Below, in pieces: positions 48,601 to 55,715 of a DNA stretch of 64,000 bases. The stretch covers positions 21,046 through 85,045 of the IMG/VR virus record IMGVR_UViG_3300042293_000555. One strand, 5' to 3'. Made by a program: the position numbers and the translations under genes. A model generated the notes under the pieces. The model was not told where the DNA came from and did not search any database. It saw only the letters and a list, made by a program, of their open reading frames with translations. The stretch comes from a virus. Numbering within the stretch: position 1 is the stretch's first letter; each line of letters begins with the position of its first letter.

Positions 48601-49130
48601 TAAGTTTGTCTGTAAGCATCAATTTCTTCAGCAGTTCTTGAAAAAACATTTTTTCTATCACCATCTTCTACATCAAGTAATAAATCTACACCTTCATATA
48701 ATGCTCTTATAGGATTTATGTTAGTTGTTTCTGAAGATGCCCCACCTGTTAATATGTGAGTTGCTGCATTACCTGTAGCAAGTGCTATCCCAAAATCTAA
48801 CATTTCAGGTGCAGAACCAATAATGTTTGAAAAGCCTGCTACTGTTGCACTTAATAAATTAGCCGTTCCACTTGATAAAGTTTCCCACCAATTATCTACA
48901 TCAGTATTTCTTTGTTCTTGTTCAGCAGCTTTAACCATTTGTTGTATTTCTACATTTTGTTCATAAGAACTTAATACAGAACCTGATGAAGAAACAGGTG
49001 AATCTCCATAGCTACCACTTGCTACAGAGCCTGAATCAGTTATCTTATTTGCAATTTTTGTCCAATCTGTTTTTATAGTTGGATCTATTGGTGTACCACT
49101 TTGGTTTACTGGTTCTATTGGATCAGGCAT
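33690..49130 (-). CDS. giant virion RNA polymerase polyprotein (crAss-like two-barrel RNAP, degenerate zincin, C-terminal SF1 RecD/Dda-like helicase)
   Basis: RIPTSGH..S and GLDFDVDK (DFDVD at 38967-38981); GGGGTGKTT, IIDECSM, GDNAQLPP, MRQ, YALTSHKAQGSEF, YVALSRA. Confidence 0.88.
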   Translation of the reverse strand: MPDPIEPVNQSGTPIDPTIKTDWTKIANKITDSGSVASGSYGDSPVSSSGSVLSSYEQNVEIQQMVKAAEQEQRNTDVDNWWETLSSGTANLLSATVAGFSNIIGSAPEMLDFGIALATGNAATHILTGGASSETTNINPIRALYEGVDLLLDVEDGDRKNVFSRTAEEIDAYRQTYFQTRNSDEWNAIDGGWTEYIVNQGSSVVGGIVPFIVQGIASGGVLSALKVPQLAAKVATAHFLTSTAGYLAANETYDKVYDEVMNDLSPEFKSYKQTAFQEAYDNAIESGANSQDAAWAARKAEKAAIKQFGLDNPDVDKIAKANAKKGAAITAGVNYVPIMALNLATAGLFTRGHYLSQELLKSGSKWSGKEILSEMGQEVVEETLIEGLGGDIGYQYGVGNKSSIIPFTDKGYGFTDAFNNFFGYEEINGEQKWKGWQTFETAFWAAAGSAGTTGYMQSRDGGPQERWGGKTKAERYVEQQEMIKKWDSIGNVGNNMGLIESLTTLNKSNKEVLELQKHQEKLVKAGKKEEAKAVGDKILSVQAMIAFKSGTTESLITNYEKIANDTKVDKEIRERAKEGVTMIKDLEKVFQESMTKYGNSSEVYNNRANNYTLNKLNETIDTEIREQKGKAETAITSALRNNDLSLRGEIDIYESSDGSTDGVVGFSNVPTGKVGVEVGYNIDNLLENTYANAIDPHESQKAGIQEKFSKDAMKIKDARELVELQEKKKEITKIIDENNKQFNKITDPAYQRSLKAQNKLLTDVEKDSGLEDLKGTDAYMEAIDKKLAKYKGKILDEQASSIREQFEVLNNIEKAVLAKKNDDKIKEALKKEEEEKKKLPPIDKKMLANVAVKFAKNEPLSDAEKEFVQKYPDEVKKAVDILKKNGKLDDEAEIDEDEERKKLAAELAALHEALGDVPTDNELNKLFSNFPPAIRAKVLSIVNSIKSAKGEIAVAPIIRVLGKANAELLLQSLVADGKLSFENDKYTRVSNTPVFSETLLKIMNSTKFIDAGGKKILILPLDSSKLDPDLLDKLKAAVEELREAIKNGLAPNFKVSVDSRDPNRVVIEKIVAESFSPAEEDFDRESFSPYEEKELSKEAKEKAAGIVMDYVNSMMGEGGEVPSFEQFLRDFIFHNSGSVAGAQKAFNLLKEGWRANKDLPQIPLSHYEAIYNKLFAKSKASLADELLGLLEEEVKHTDEKAAEKVLEETAEQLEPEKKLELNDDGRVINLPKSTTSTVTVELENVDSTFGYASREAIPTTTVFEEDGETLVDIGYEYGEEGLNEGNLTKPLKLLHPDQYNPGTVLEVVILEGAELDKLQVPVREEDPLNPAYGTVLKDEKGKRKTETYKSYLKRKLDENPNFMSTQEYEDNLPMLIKDEDGDYVAFVHDVMWYQDKFEGQRAEAIAKVRKIRRAALNAKANGKPFNIVITKKESGTFSPMKLDKEKSISEASPQSQIGVMDKHGKIMFNGKPFEGKIVNKETIEKKKLFYQPLDIRRWGTDENGEPTYMVFPTFSRKLTSTQSETLFQSVITYLVGKQYYKHKNNKYTPYLIAKKHFATAFGEIDQIKILDGILSQNVIVKSEKINTTGNIQEDAQKVHNIKLKSWETSGTKLLPYIYTESRNVVFWFPGMDAPVILDAETFMDNAETDEKVKLLKEFFNHPDLLFNPTFKSALPVIKAYENQNGEIVFEQSSDTYEEYVKDHLETNIGSYNVGTQEEPMYVTRMQPVYTYAPTDEAPVSRKTTNEVVKKAAPIVKQKATYITDVLTDEELDAALGTIEDYNFIGETAEEKLEDAKQAIAENTNQSKEIVSHLEPNDDKVSEGDANEINHLIKVAENQIKWVNEYFSDEIPDVDRESFSPAEMADEDAKELLKQIFKIEGLSQVHQAQLIDFLFNQLSDNFKLDNSTKLNKGELAVNAKKELMSLMSDNKKNLTDTLASLKLVPNYENDAKIKELVLKYEVALDKFKIVEKNLDTIVDEAFNKLYKFAGIKAKTTKNEQGEEEITIEAKDLMNENPDKEESEELDEYGEDEAMSEREDNYSQTSLEKNGKNSITSELRLFLAKITNINSKTGLPVLGAFGVTTFVDFDTVFNTIQAFLADQPVDFDIQMKILEDLYIDTHPWLKEAIVKLRAADKQIQNSFANKMGTHSLKMEFAMYSFDLNTGKYTLRVTDTNQSAIVKKIASTWNNNLFAVSNPLITEEDGEYIVDTGVANNLLEEYDSWFAGPKDLANVDNKPLVEIVKSKLGVGKSGTVTLNPNNPAHSKFLAQIGNKLDTTKKMTMNGSPYSVTLNKNEKGESVLTIVPFQEHVVGRAVKGYMKLTKEERAEAVSEVQIWLSYFGIELADAAIEQIFTNKIFSDGELLTATGFFMKSDNTKGAIGKLAAWCQGVKNGNVETDLTSETNLTGNPLDDGAIRSTLAYLQSKYSKNIVTNSFRDGKKSIYGFTALKYVTDRFNELKDASSKSPQERKKITDDILTQLQSLSFSKQSLWLSLMDPNGDFGLGSKFGISHLGLTAITEKGKKSYKDNDITTLSDTDHEATKITMFQDMKQGSTTKTYSTGKKLLAIPLRVSRFFFPTMSDKSTMVVVKAPAFDLTNSNFYNVDGEGNVGVHEDILELLYEQIALPEITRMFAYKEKNKKTNIKSYDNGAGMLFFLPKLNDLEITLTNGKKVNLREFINNSSTTLKDLDAYKSQILPAIQSFVQSSVNEKLDNWKEGGILNEFGELDFVEKEYLEKIKKAKDKDSKISNTLIAAFDFEINQIIANANMFMTVIGDPAVYYKANPNDPAMTQVKETFVNVGKRLAAMIAPGSKINKSENEQYIQIFLDDRYKIADNIEFLTKLLDNKAFDREEYNKIMAMPVKGKDELETQKLKAAKASAIKFFNAKYPKSNNYFYMEATNAQEYTTWQEHLHILENMGRVADAAINITPQEIAVAKKLFADGTPLEDMTEAQRAVVKKVLQPIKPVYTGQIYDAEQDVMRMMYIKTSSYPLIPQLTKGMELDVIRETLEAVEKKTGKHVRASYESGNKVGANNNALKVFNPDGTAIEHKKPKEGKKDELEFDVDKILESSLTLNRKDFKIQLDVPFKSFKRKEDTVSMGTQLTKVLFGNGIMDIEGFKLNGQTYSGKQLQEQFTNLFADLVKLKQTQLCEELGVDPVTFKPTDVVATAVKVQKLLVQEAIDKGYGKQDIDALQISYIYDEDGKVTDFKFEMPIWMSANSNRFESLLVSIVQSRIVKMKFPGNSFVAGSEEGYKFKYNLDDVKENRIVWTDKWSGSLKPATFDDKGNFISAQVLVPAKFRDSEGNLINLMEKDPSGKGYKYVDETNLGFRLKKGKIAEELMSITSFRIPTSGHVSASQFEIVGFLPEESGDLMILPANMTEQKGLDFDVDKETAYNLWTTSLDSGTIIPLNKNSKNVSRLEEKLIQNELIKIHKSIFTSSNAEVQKKINGVLSIAFAKQQAQMIDDILEGEKDDTNFSPLNSEYQKGKMFLGASGKVGTGAYSLDVTSHSLFEQAKANGNQLILMADEETPLELTFGELTSHGKLGEPKTLKVSKVEFIIARLKALNTKEGDDAADLIKDNENFADDFIEGQASINPAFAKILEDYSSLQRPIAEVLMELQNIAVDNEKEQVMGKVNINGITLDISKVMALLGFDKGADGNSIQFLFLSQPIVRDYVKMMNNASSNLAEYDPDKEIKVLNALAKKYGFSLAKPVEGNGEALTNATMLGQLTNHSALFQQEVLQRFQLLQEYGLKLRSVQTSINIDSKGLGKSLPEVQEKLESIKSLFKNKSIKNAGALIGEIASPTTSRTPEMLTKEEFVNLGDNVWVKPTTISGHIAIAGLSFANGLWEKHFPYNSKVVAALNKEIFSILSLGEVSESKKIERKQLILKEIKKFMNTVAAESTLFENNTAQGERHRLFFDSREDNKVSLASYVQKLMKIPYFANNKLFQVMEYETSTVPGKPSLIKFNNAAAANFDESYMTNALLQLMESKISLPSFNGETYNTRMLAQDMINYAILEGGVQEVIQFAKFIPIDYLKRMGFSDALASLDLNGDAAAKFGITSEEVGSENYVPSRFAVQFAQNNTNILPKLDNLVNLDEEQKLKLIKKDKFTFADLKATAEVTPPFIVLRVNGENHLWGLHGTEYHKIIVAGINGMSEYDASARAVKSLITTRKKTKVKAPKTPLPVAGEATNMVSKERFGLGIDNISTVIKNMIADKSISPDLKKLAQAILPFVNNETKIVVSETIAKGKYNPGTNTITIPPRTAQADKNELIRVFLKETVHSITDNQLLKYLNPDGTLNNSLGEIPQHITDLLKIYKAARLGLEKKYGVDGINTVMEKIKKQKSIKTATEIEAAKKDENILLKQFEAKVLYGVTDILEFVEMMMTEPEFQTEMAAIDYGAGNKNLVDKFFDFIKQMFSDLGIAVGEGSITANAIKEIFNVMKDAKADVEAAEIDIDTTVWDTSKFSIFLNEDNEYEILADDGSLIDVAPTMEEAKIRFAEIVKSFEKTNEAKKNADIEEINFMVEAKDLVLNIDDMIINDYEEWSKLIKDVNLEDYNNYPFVQSYFKEAGAVAVPEEIDFINKNIDKFEAMLAKFDTKSPTELAEKLKDYTPPVILTQKKVDLSDDKDTDLNNEVEESGAFTAYELFPKVFANEEQSNALDSMNNFLKDKSAKTYVLTGGGGTGKTTIMKKLLSNNPGLKVVGGAIGHNAKEVLKKSIGSRATISTIASMIGLKLDDASGTFMIDKYFDVSKSPLSGAQLIIIDECSMIDEEFLAHLSKVQKLVAPNAKIIFMGDNAQLPPIREKYSKLEGQDSPTFTAYSGNYTAHLSKSMRQEKDSMILTVANMVAANVRSNAIVKDVLEGKEAKLHSDEVQFKDSDQIDAAIEADLKKDKWGTKVIAFSNVIRKYWNGKARVMLFGEQGAKRKFNVGEMISPQFTDEKLKNQFGEEIGVYNGQHFEVTKVNEVPNGIAIAYYDTKTNKESYSTYMAYDLTIKSADGMEFNIRVNDESLDFKAFQAAQKSLYNYYSKLPRGEADRVKKTMYEKNKTAFRSVEYGYALTSHKAQGSEFNNVYVFKNDILSNGTSTKSKNQALYVALSRAKKKLTVIKDVFNPDDYLDLETFSPATEKELSLSEEPWTLETNECGI

Positions 49131-49136
49131 AATTTG

Positions 49137-51704
49137 TTAATTTCTTTTATAACTTGATGATGATGATGATGTTCCTGTTTGTATTAAGTTGTTATATTCT
49201 CCAGGTGTATAATCAGAACTTATTATTCCTTGTTGTTGCAAGTATTCACCATAAGCTTTTCTACCTGCATCTCCATATATTACTCTACCATTTATCACCC
49301 ATTTACCTTGTCCACCTGGACCTGTTTCATTTGGATAAACTCTACATTCAGGTGCTAATTCTGATTCAATAAATTGTTTTTCTTTATCTACATTATTCAT
49401 TTGATTACCTGAATGTCTGTACATTGTATTACCCTGAGCTTCTAAATTTTTAGCTTCAGCCTGTGCTGAAAGAACAGATGTTATTTTCTCTAATCTTGGT
49501 TCAAGCTTAATAGATTTCTTTGGCATCACTACAGTATAATCTTCAAGACTATATGTACCATCATCATTCTTTTTTTGTAATGTAACTTTTACATGTCTTG
49601 CTTGAGAACCAACTCCTTGTACATCTTCAGGAATAATTCCAAAATCAGTCTTAACTTGAATAGATTGTTTTTTACCATCTTTACCTTCAATTTCAATTGT
49701 ACCATCTGATGTCATATTAGTTAAATTTGCAGCAGTGATATTATTTTCCTTTAAGAAATCAGTAAAGCTTGTTGGCTTACCTGTAGTGTTTGCACCAATA
49801 AAAACTCTGCCTGAACCATCTTCTCCCATCAAATCATGTAAGTTAAAGTTCTTTGCTAATGCTGCCATTTGAACATTATAGTAATCTCTATCTGCTTGAG
49901 TTACTTGATCACCCATACTGTTAGCACTGGTAATGACAGTATACTTTTTATTATCTTGATAAGAATTTGATAATGTAGTATTTACACCTTTTTCCATTGG
50001 GTGAAATTGAATTAGCATAGATTTAACAGGATCTTTCTGTGCAGCTTCATAATCAAGTTTGTAATTATTTGCTCTCTTAAATACTTCAGCATCATAATCT
50101 GCTGTGCCAGGTTTATATGTTGATTCTTTATTTTTTGCAATATCTTCTTTTGCTAATCTTATTGCAGTTTCATCAATTGTGTTTTCTAATAATCTTGCTT
50201 CATTATTTAACTTTGTATTCATTGATACAAACTCTTTTGAAAATTCTTCAACAGCATTCCCAACACTTCTACCTGAACCATCTTTTAATCCTATGTCATT
50301 TTCTGTTGCAAATTTACTTACTGCTTTAAAATTACCTGATTTAACTGCTGCTGTCCATAACTCATTAAACTTAAGTTGCTTATCAGCAGGTAAAGATTTC
50401 ATAATTGATAATTGAGTATTTGCTGCTTTACCATTTAATCCATCTTTTTTACGAGCAATGTTTTTATTTAAAGCATCTCTTGATGCTGCTACAGGATTAC
50501 CATTATCATCAGTAAGGTTATATGTACTTAAAACAGTTTCTTGATTTTCTTTATCAATCTGTGGCTTCTCTAAGGCTAATTTAAAAGTTGCCATTTGTTT
50601 TTCTTTATCTAACTGAAGACTTTGTTTATATTCTTCAGTTTCCTGCAAACCTGTAATACCACTTTCTGTACGATTAAATCCAAATTCTTTAGCAGCACCC
50701 ATAGCAGTTTCATAAAGTATTCCACCTTTTACAGGAATTACTCTACCAAATTCATCTCTGTGTACTTCAGGTTCACCTGTTTCTTTATTGATAATTGGTT
50801 TTTTTGTTTCTTTATCAATAATTGGATAACCTACATGTTCTCCTGTTTTAGGATTTATTTTTCCATATAAATCTTCTTCTGACATTAAACCATATTTAAC
50901 TCTTTGATTATACCTACCCATAAGTTCATCATTATTCTTAAGAGCATCGTATGCTGTATTGTAAATATCATTTGCATTTGCAACTACCTTTCCATCAACA
51001 GTACTTACTAAGTAATTTCCTTTAACTTGAGTGTTGTGAATTTTATCACTATCTTCTTTCCAATGAATTACAGCTTTTGTTGCTACATCTTCAGCATCTA
51101 TATAGCTTGCAATATTCTCTGTTGCAAAGCTATTTTTACTTTTTCTTGTTTTTGGATCCCAACCTAATCCACCACCATAACCTGTAAACTTTTTAGTTTC
51201 TTTACCTGTTTCGGGGTCAACTATTGTTTCATAGATAGGTTTATTATAATTTTCATTAAAGACTCTTCTAAAATCTTCAATGTCAGCTGTTAACACTCTA
51301 CCTTTATCTTTAGTCATCCTTTCAGTTTCCTGTTTTACCCAAGCTTCTTCAGCATCATAAGCAGCACCTATTCCTGCTAATTCTCCCCTTGTATAATCTT
51401 CATGTAACTTCTGACCAAAACCTCTAATCTCTCCCATACTATTTAAAGCAGCAGAAGGACTTGATTGAAGTTTATAAGTAAAGTCTTTAATCTTAGCATC
51501 AGCTTCTTTTAATAATTCATCTCTTCTTGATACATCAGCTTCCTGTGCATTAACCTTAAGATATTTTTCTAAATCAGTAAGATATTTAACCTGATCTTCA
51601 TATTTTTTATCAGCAGTTTCTACAGCAGCAAACAATGCTTTCTCAGGGAGCTTATACATAAAATCTGTAAGCTCAGGCTTTGATGTTTTATAAAATCTTC
51701 CCAT
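49137..51704 (-). CDS. virion cargo protein (855 aa)
   Basis: Located between the tail and vRNAP genes; helical N-terminus MGRFY...F.Y.LP. Confidence 0.6.
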   Translation of the reverse strand: MGRFYKTSKPELTDFMYKLPEKALFAAVETADKKYEDQVKYLTDLEKYLKVNAQEADVSRRDELLKEADAKIKDFTYKLQSSPSAALNSMGEIRGFGQKLHEDYTRGELAGIGAAYDAEEAWVKQETERMTKDKGRVLTADIEDFRRVFNENYNKPIYETIVDPETGKETKKFTGYGGGLGWDPKTRKSKNSFATENIASYIDAEDVATKAVIHWKEDSDKIHNTQVKGNYLVSTVDGKVVANANDIYNTAYDALKNNDELMGRYNQRVKYGLMSEEDLYGKINPKTGEHVGYPIIDKETKKPIINKETGEPEVHRDEFGRVIPVKGGILYETAMGAAKEFGFNRTESGITGLQETEEYKQSLQLDKEKQMATFKLALEKPQIDKENQETVLSTYNLTDDNGNPVAASRDALNKNIARKKDGLNGKAANTQLSIMKSLPADKQLKFNELWTAAVKSGNFKAVSKFATENDIGLKDGSGRSVGNAVEEFSKEFVSMNTKLNNEARLLENTIDETAIRLAKEDIAKNKESTYKPGTADYDAEVFKRANNYKLDYEAAQKDPVKSMLIQFHPMEKGVNTTLSNSYQDNKKYTVITSANSMGDQVTQADRDYYNVQMAALAKNFNLHDLMGEDGSGRVFIGANTTGKPTSFTDFLKENNITAANLTNMTSDGTIEIEGKDGKKQSIQVKTDFGIIPEDVQGVGSQARHVKVTLQKKNDDGTYSLEDYTVVMPKKSIKLEPRLEKITSVLSAQAEAKNLEAQGNTMYRHSGNQMNNVDKEKQFIESELAPECRVYPNETGPGGQGKWVINGRVIYGDAGRKAYGEYLQQQGIISSDYTPGEYNNLIQTGTSSSSSSYKRN

Positions 51705-51706
51705 GA

Positions 51707-54700
51707 TTATTTACGATTCATTATATGGTTAAACTTATTTGTAAACCTATTATTAGACTTTTTAACTACTCCTCCAAAAGCTTTTTTTTCAGGTATTACT
51801 TTAATCTCTTCAGGTTTTTGAGTAACAATTTCTTCAACTTCCTTTTCATCTTTAGGAGTATTAGTCTTAACATCATAATAATCATAGCCACCTTTTCCAT
51901 TATCTCTAATACCAATACCATATCTTGACAACATTGGAAGTAATGCCATAATCTGTTGATTACCATGAGCTACATTTAAAGCTTTAGCATTATTAAGATC
52001 AGATTCAATACCTGTAGTAATATCAGTACCAAGTTGAGTGTGAAAATTATCCAAGTTTTGCAATGTTCTTTCTGCTCTTTTATCTTCACCACCCATTACT
52101 ACAGAATCTTGTTGATTTTCCATTCCTGCTTTTTGACCTAACAACTGCATCATCTGTTGAGCATAAGCATTATAAGCTTGATTCTGTGCTTGATTAGATG
52201 CCATATCAGAAAGAACATTTTCTGCTCTTAAAGTATTTACACCCCTTGCAGAATTTCTACCCCTTTGTCTTCCAGCTTCTTCTCCTAATTTAATATCAGC
52301 TAATTGCTTATCTCTATTAATACCTGCAAGTGATTGTGCTTCTTGCATAGCTCTTAATCCTTCAGCACCATATTCTCTATAAGCATTTACTTCAGGAGGA
52401 GTCATCATTCTATTAACCATAGTGTTTGCCATTGGAAATAACTTAGCTTTCATATTAGCAGCTAATCCCATTTTATCACCACGAGTTAAATCATATTCAC
52501 TACTTGCATCTTTTCCTTTAGCAGATTTATCTTTTTTAGGTTTACCATTTTTATCAAACATTCCTGTAAAAAAATCACCTGTTTGGCTTACTGCATTATT
52601 TAAAAAGTTCATAAACTTATTAGGTTTCTTAGAGTCTTCTTCAGGTAACATTTTATTACCAATTACTTCATTGTAGAATGGATTAGGAATCATTCCACCT
52701 TTAGTATTAATATATGGGTCTTTTGAACGAGAAATATTTCCTAATGTATTTCCTAATACATTATTCATTACATCATAAGGATTAGTTCCTGTAGATGTTT
52801 GAGCATTGTCATCACCATAAAGTTCAAAGTACGAATATGGATTGTTTATATCTCCTCCAACCTGTTCAAATGGAATGCCCTCTTCTTTTTTATCAGGTAC
52901 ACCAAGTTGATTATTAGGTGCAGTATTTCTTTCTTCTTGTGCTTTTTGAAAAGCATCTCTTTTAGCATTATGTTCTTCTTGTTGAAAATCTCTAAATTTT
53001 ACTTGAGGAAATTTATATCCATTATAGTTACCATCAGGTGCTTCTGAACCCATTGTAATTGGTTCTCCATCAAGTCCTACATTTTGGTGTGGGCCACCCA
53101 TCATACTGTAAGCTGACCTTTTAGAATCAGCTAAAAAATATTTATTTGCATCTTTACTTTCTTCCATATTTTTTAATTCAGTATAAGCAGAATGTTTAGG
53201 ATCAATATTTACCCAATCACTTTCTTTTCCTGCTGGATTAAAATAACTCCAATTTGGCCCTGTATACTTTCCATTAACATCTCTTTCTTGTTTTTTATAA
53301 AAATAAGATGGATAACTACCATACCCAGTATACATCTTACCTAATCCTTCAGGAGGTGTACCATTTGCCATACGTTGTACATATCCACCTAATGCCATCA
53401 TCATTTCAGGATTCTGCATTAAGCTACCCATCATTTGTTCCTGCATCATTGCTTGTTCCTGCATTTGTTGTTGTTGATTAGCTTGCTCTTGCATAGCCAT
53501 ATCACCTTGTTCTTCAGAAGCAGCAGTAGTCTGTTGTCTTTTTAAAGTATCCTTTAACAGTTTATCAGATGGATTTTTACCCAACAACTTTTCCAACTTC
53601 TTTATATTTCTTTCTCTAATCTCTTTTCTCTCTGCCATAGATTTACCATTTTCACCTTTAAGTCTATCAGAATATACTTTAGTACCTTCAGGAAGTCCTT
53701 TTTTTCCATTAACTACAGGTATAATACCACCTTGTTCATGACTTGGTCCTTGAAATTCTCCTACTTGTCCATTAGGCATTTCATACATTTCTTCTCCTTC
53801 TACTTCAACCGGTACTTGGTTAGGTACTTGTCCACCCATACCATAAGAACCATACATCATTTGTTGCATATACATTGATGGGTCTATCATACCACCCATT
53901 CTTTTTTGTTTTAGTGCCATAGGAGTTTGAGGTGCAATTTGTTTAGTTTTAGGTTGAGAAAACATTGGAGAAAGATTATCTTGATAAACATCTTTCATTA
54001 CACTGGTAGTTCCTAATGCATCACCAACTGTTTCTAAATATTTATTAGTATTAAAAAAATTACCAGCTTTACCAGCTGGAAATACACCTGACATGCCTAA
54101 TATGTTATTAAAAGTACCATTTGAATTTCCTTCATAAAACATATTTCTACCTGCTTCATAAGCATCATCAAGACTTAATGCATTTCCAATAATAGGTGTA
54201 TATTCTAAAATATTTTCAACAAAAGAATCTTTTTTATCAATTGTAGCAGGGATATTATTTATAATTGGAGCTGCAAGATCACTTCCTAAACTTCTATATC
54301 TTTTAGAATCCTTACCTGCTGCCTTTACCCTTTTTTCATACATTGTAGGTTTTTTAGCAGTAACAACTACTTCATCAGTTACATATTCTCCTGACTTCAT
54401 TCTTTTTTTCTTAATTGGGTCACCACCAACTACTCCTCCTGTAGCCATAGTAAAACCTGTATTAGGTTTTGTAGCTCTCATTTCTACTTCAGGATCTCTA
54501 ATAGATTTAATCATACCTGTTACAGCTTGCATTGTACCATTAAGTAATACATCAGAAGCAATATCAAAGAGTGGAGCTATTCCACCAAAAGCCATTTTCT
54601 TTCTCATATTATTTTGTATTGTGCTTTCTTTTTGATTATTTGTTTTAGAACTATTATCTTGTCCACATTTATGACAAGTATATGGGTCATTTCCACCATC

Positions 54701-55702
54701 AGATATTTTCCATGACCAACCACAACTACAATTTATTTTATTACCTATTACTCCACCCATTGCAGCAGTTTGAATACCTAATGGATTAACTTGTTTCTGT
54801 TGTGCAAGTTTCATCAACTCTTGAAATCTAAGTTGTGCAGCTTTAGTTTCAGCTTCTGTTTGGTTATTAATTTTATCTTTACCAAAGATAGCACCTTTCA
54901 TCATACTACTTTCATTAGCACCTTTCATCATGTAATTAAAATGTTCTTCAGTTACAGGATCACCATATTGCCAAGGTTTAACAAATGTTCCTACAGGTGC
55001 ATTTTGAAGTCTTAACTCTACTTGTCTTTTACCTGCTAATACTTCATCAGGGTTATCATAATATTTATCAGAATCAACTATTGTATTTGCTTTAATCTGA
55101 GATTTAGCATAAGGATTAATACTATTTATTTGTTTATACAAATCAACAGGTTCTCCTTTTTGACCTACAATTTTCCCAAATAAATCATAAGGATTATTAT
55201 ACCCTACTCTTGGGTTATTCATATTGTGTACTAATTCATGTTGGTCTGTGTAGTCTTTTTCAATATCTTCTAAAGAATCATTATATACAGTCTTATTATA
55301 CCTTGATCCTGCAAATTCTTGTTGAAGTTTTCCATTAACCATTTCAGGAGGATAAAATCCATGTTGAGTTACAAAGTAAGCATTAGAGTTTTTACTTTTA
55401 TTTTGATTATGCATTTGATTAAGAAAATCATCATTAGCTATCTCTTCAGGAGTAGCTAATGATGCTTCACTTAAATTCTCTAAATTCTGTTTTACAATAT
55501 TCTCAGCAGTTTCTCCACCTGGTATTTGAGAAGTTTCAAACTGTAATCTTTTTAACCTTATAGGATTTTGTGCATGTGCTTTAGCTTGTTGAACACTTTT
55601 CTTAAAAGATGCTTGTGGGTCTACAGGATCACCTACAGTACCACCTATTCCCATCTTATATAAATAACTTAAAAATTTTTCAGCTCTATTATTATTTTTC
55701 AT
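51707..55702 (-). CDS. modular virion cargo protein (1331 aa) with repeated xxGG motifs, HExxH domain and zinc ribbon
   Basis: QHELVH, CSCG..CHKC, VEVEGEE..GPSHEQGG..VYSDRL, Q/M-rich coiled coil. Confidence 0.65.
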   Translation of the reverse strand: MKNNNRAEKFLSYLYKMGIGGTVGDPVDPQASFKKSVQQAKAHAQNPIRLKRLQFETSQIPGGETAENIVKQNLENLSEASLATPEEIANDDFLNQMHNQNKSKNSNAYFVTQHGFYPPEMVNGKLQQEFAGSRYNKTVYNDSLEDIEKDYTDQHELVHNMNNPRVGYNNPYDLFGKIVGQKGEPVDLYKQINSINPYAKSQIKANTIVDSDKYYDNPDEVLAGKRQVELRLQNAPVGTFVKPWQYGDPVTEEHFNYMMKGANESSMMKGAIFGKDKINNQTEAETKAAQLRFQELMKLAQQKQVNPLGIQTAAMGGVIGNKINCSCGWSWKISDGGNDPYTCHKCGQDNSSKTNNQKESTIQNNMRKKMAFGGIAPLFDIASDVLLNGTMQAVTGMIKSIRDPEVEMRATKPNTGFTMATGGVVGGDPIKKKRMKSGEYVTDEVVVTAKKPTMYEKRVKAAGKDSKRYRSLGSDLAAPIINNIPATIDKKDSFVENILEYTPIIGNALSLDDAYEAGRNMFYEGNSNGTFNNILGMSGVFPAGKAGNFFNTNKYLETVGDALGTTSVMKDVYQDNLSPMFSQPKTKQIAPQTPMALKQKRMGGMIDPSMYMQQMMYGSYGMGGQVPNQVPVEVEGEEMYEMPNGQVGEFQGPSHEQGGIIPVVNGKKGLPEGTKVYSDRLKGENGKSMAERKEIRERNIKKLEKLLGKNPSDKLLKDTLKRQQTTAASEEQGDMAMQEQANQQQQMQEQAMMQEQMMGSLMQNPEMMMALGGYVQRMANGTPPEGLGKMYTGYGSYPSYFYKKQERDVNGKYTGPNWSYFNPAGKESDWVNIDPKHSAYTELKNMEESKDANKYFLADSKRSAYSMMGGPHQNVGLDGEPITMGSEAPDGNYNGYKFPQVKFRDFQQEEHNAKRDAFQKAQEERNTAPNNQLGVPDKKEEGIPFEQVGGDINNPYSYFELYGDDNAQTSTGTNPYDVMNNVLGNTLGNISRSKDPYINTKGGMIPNPFYNEVIGNKMLPEEDSKKPNKFMNFLNNAVSQTGDFFTGMFDKNGKPKKDKSAKGKDASSEYDLTRGDKMGLAANMKAKLFPMANTMVNRMMTPPEVNAYREYGAEGLRAMQEAQSLAGINRDKQLADIKLGEEAGRQRGRNSARGVNTLRAENVLSDMASNQAQNQAYNAYAQQMMQLLGQKAGMENQQDSVVMGGEDKRAERTLQNLDNFHTQLGTDITTGIESDLNNAKALNVAHGNQQIMALLPMLSRYGIGIRDNGKGGYDYYDVKTNTPKDEKEVEEIVTQKPEEIKVIPEKKAFGGVVKKSNNRFTNKFNHIMNRK

Positions 55703-55715
55703 TTTAATCTGAAAT

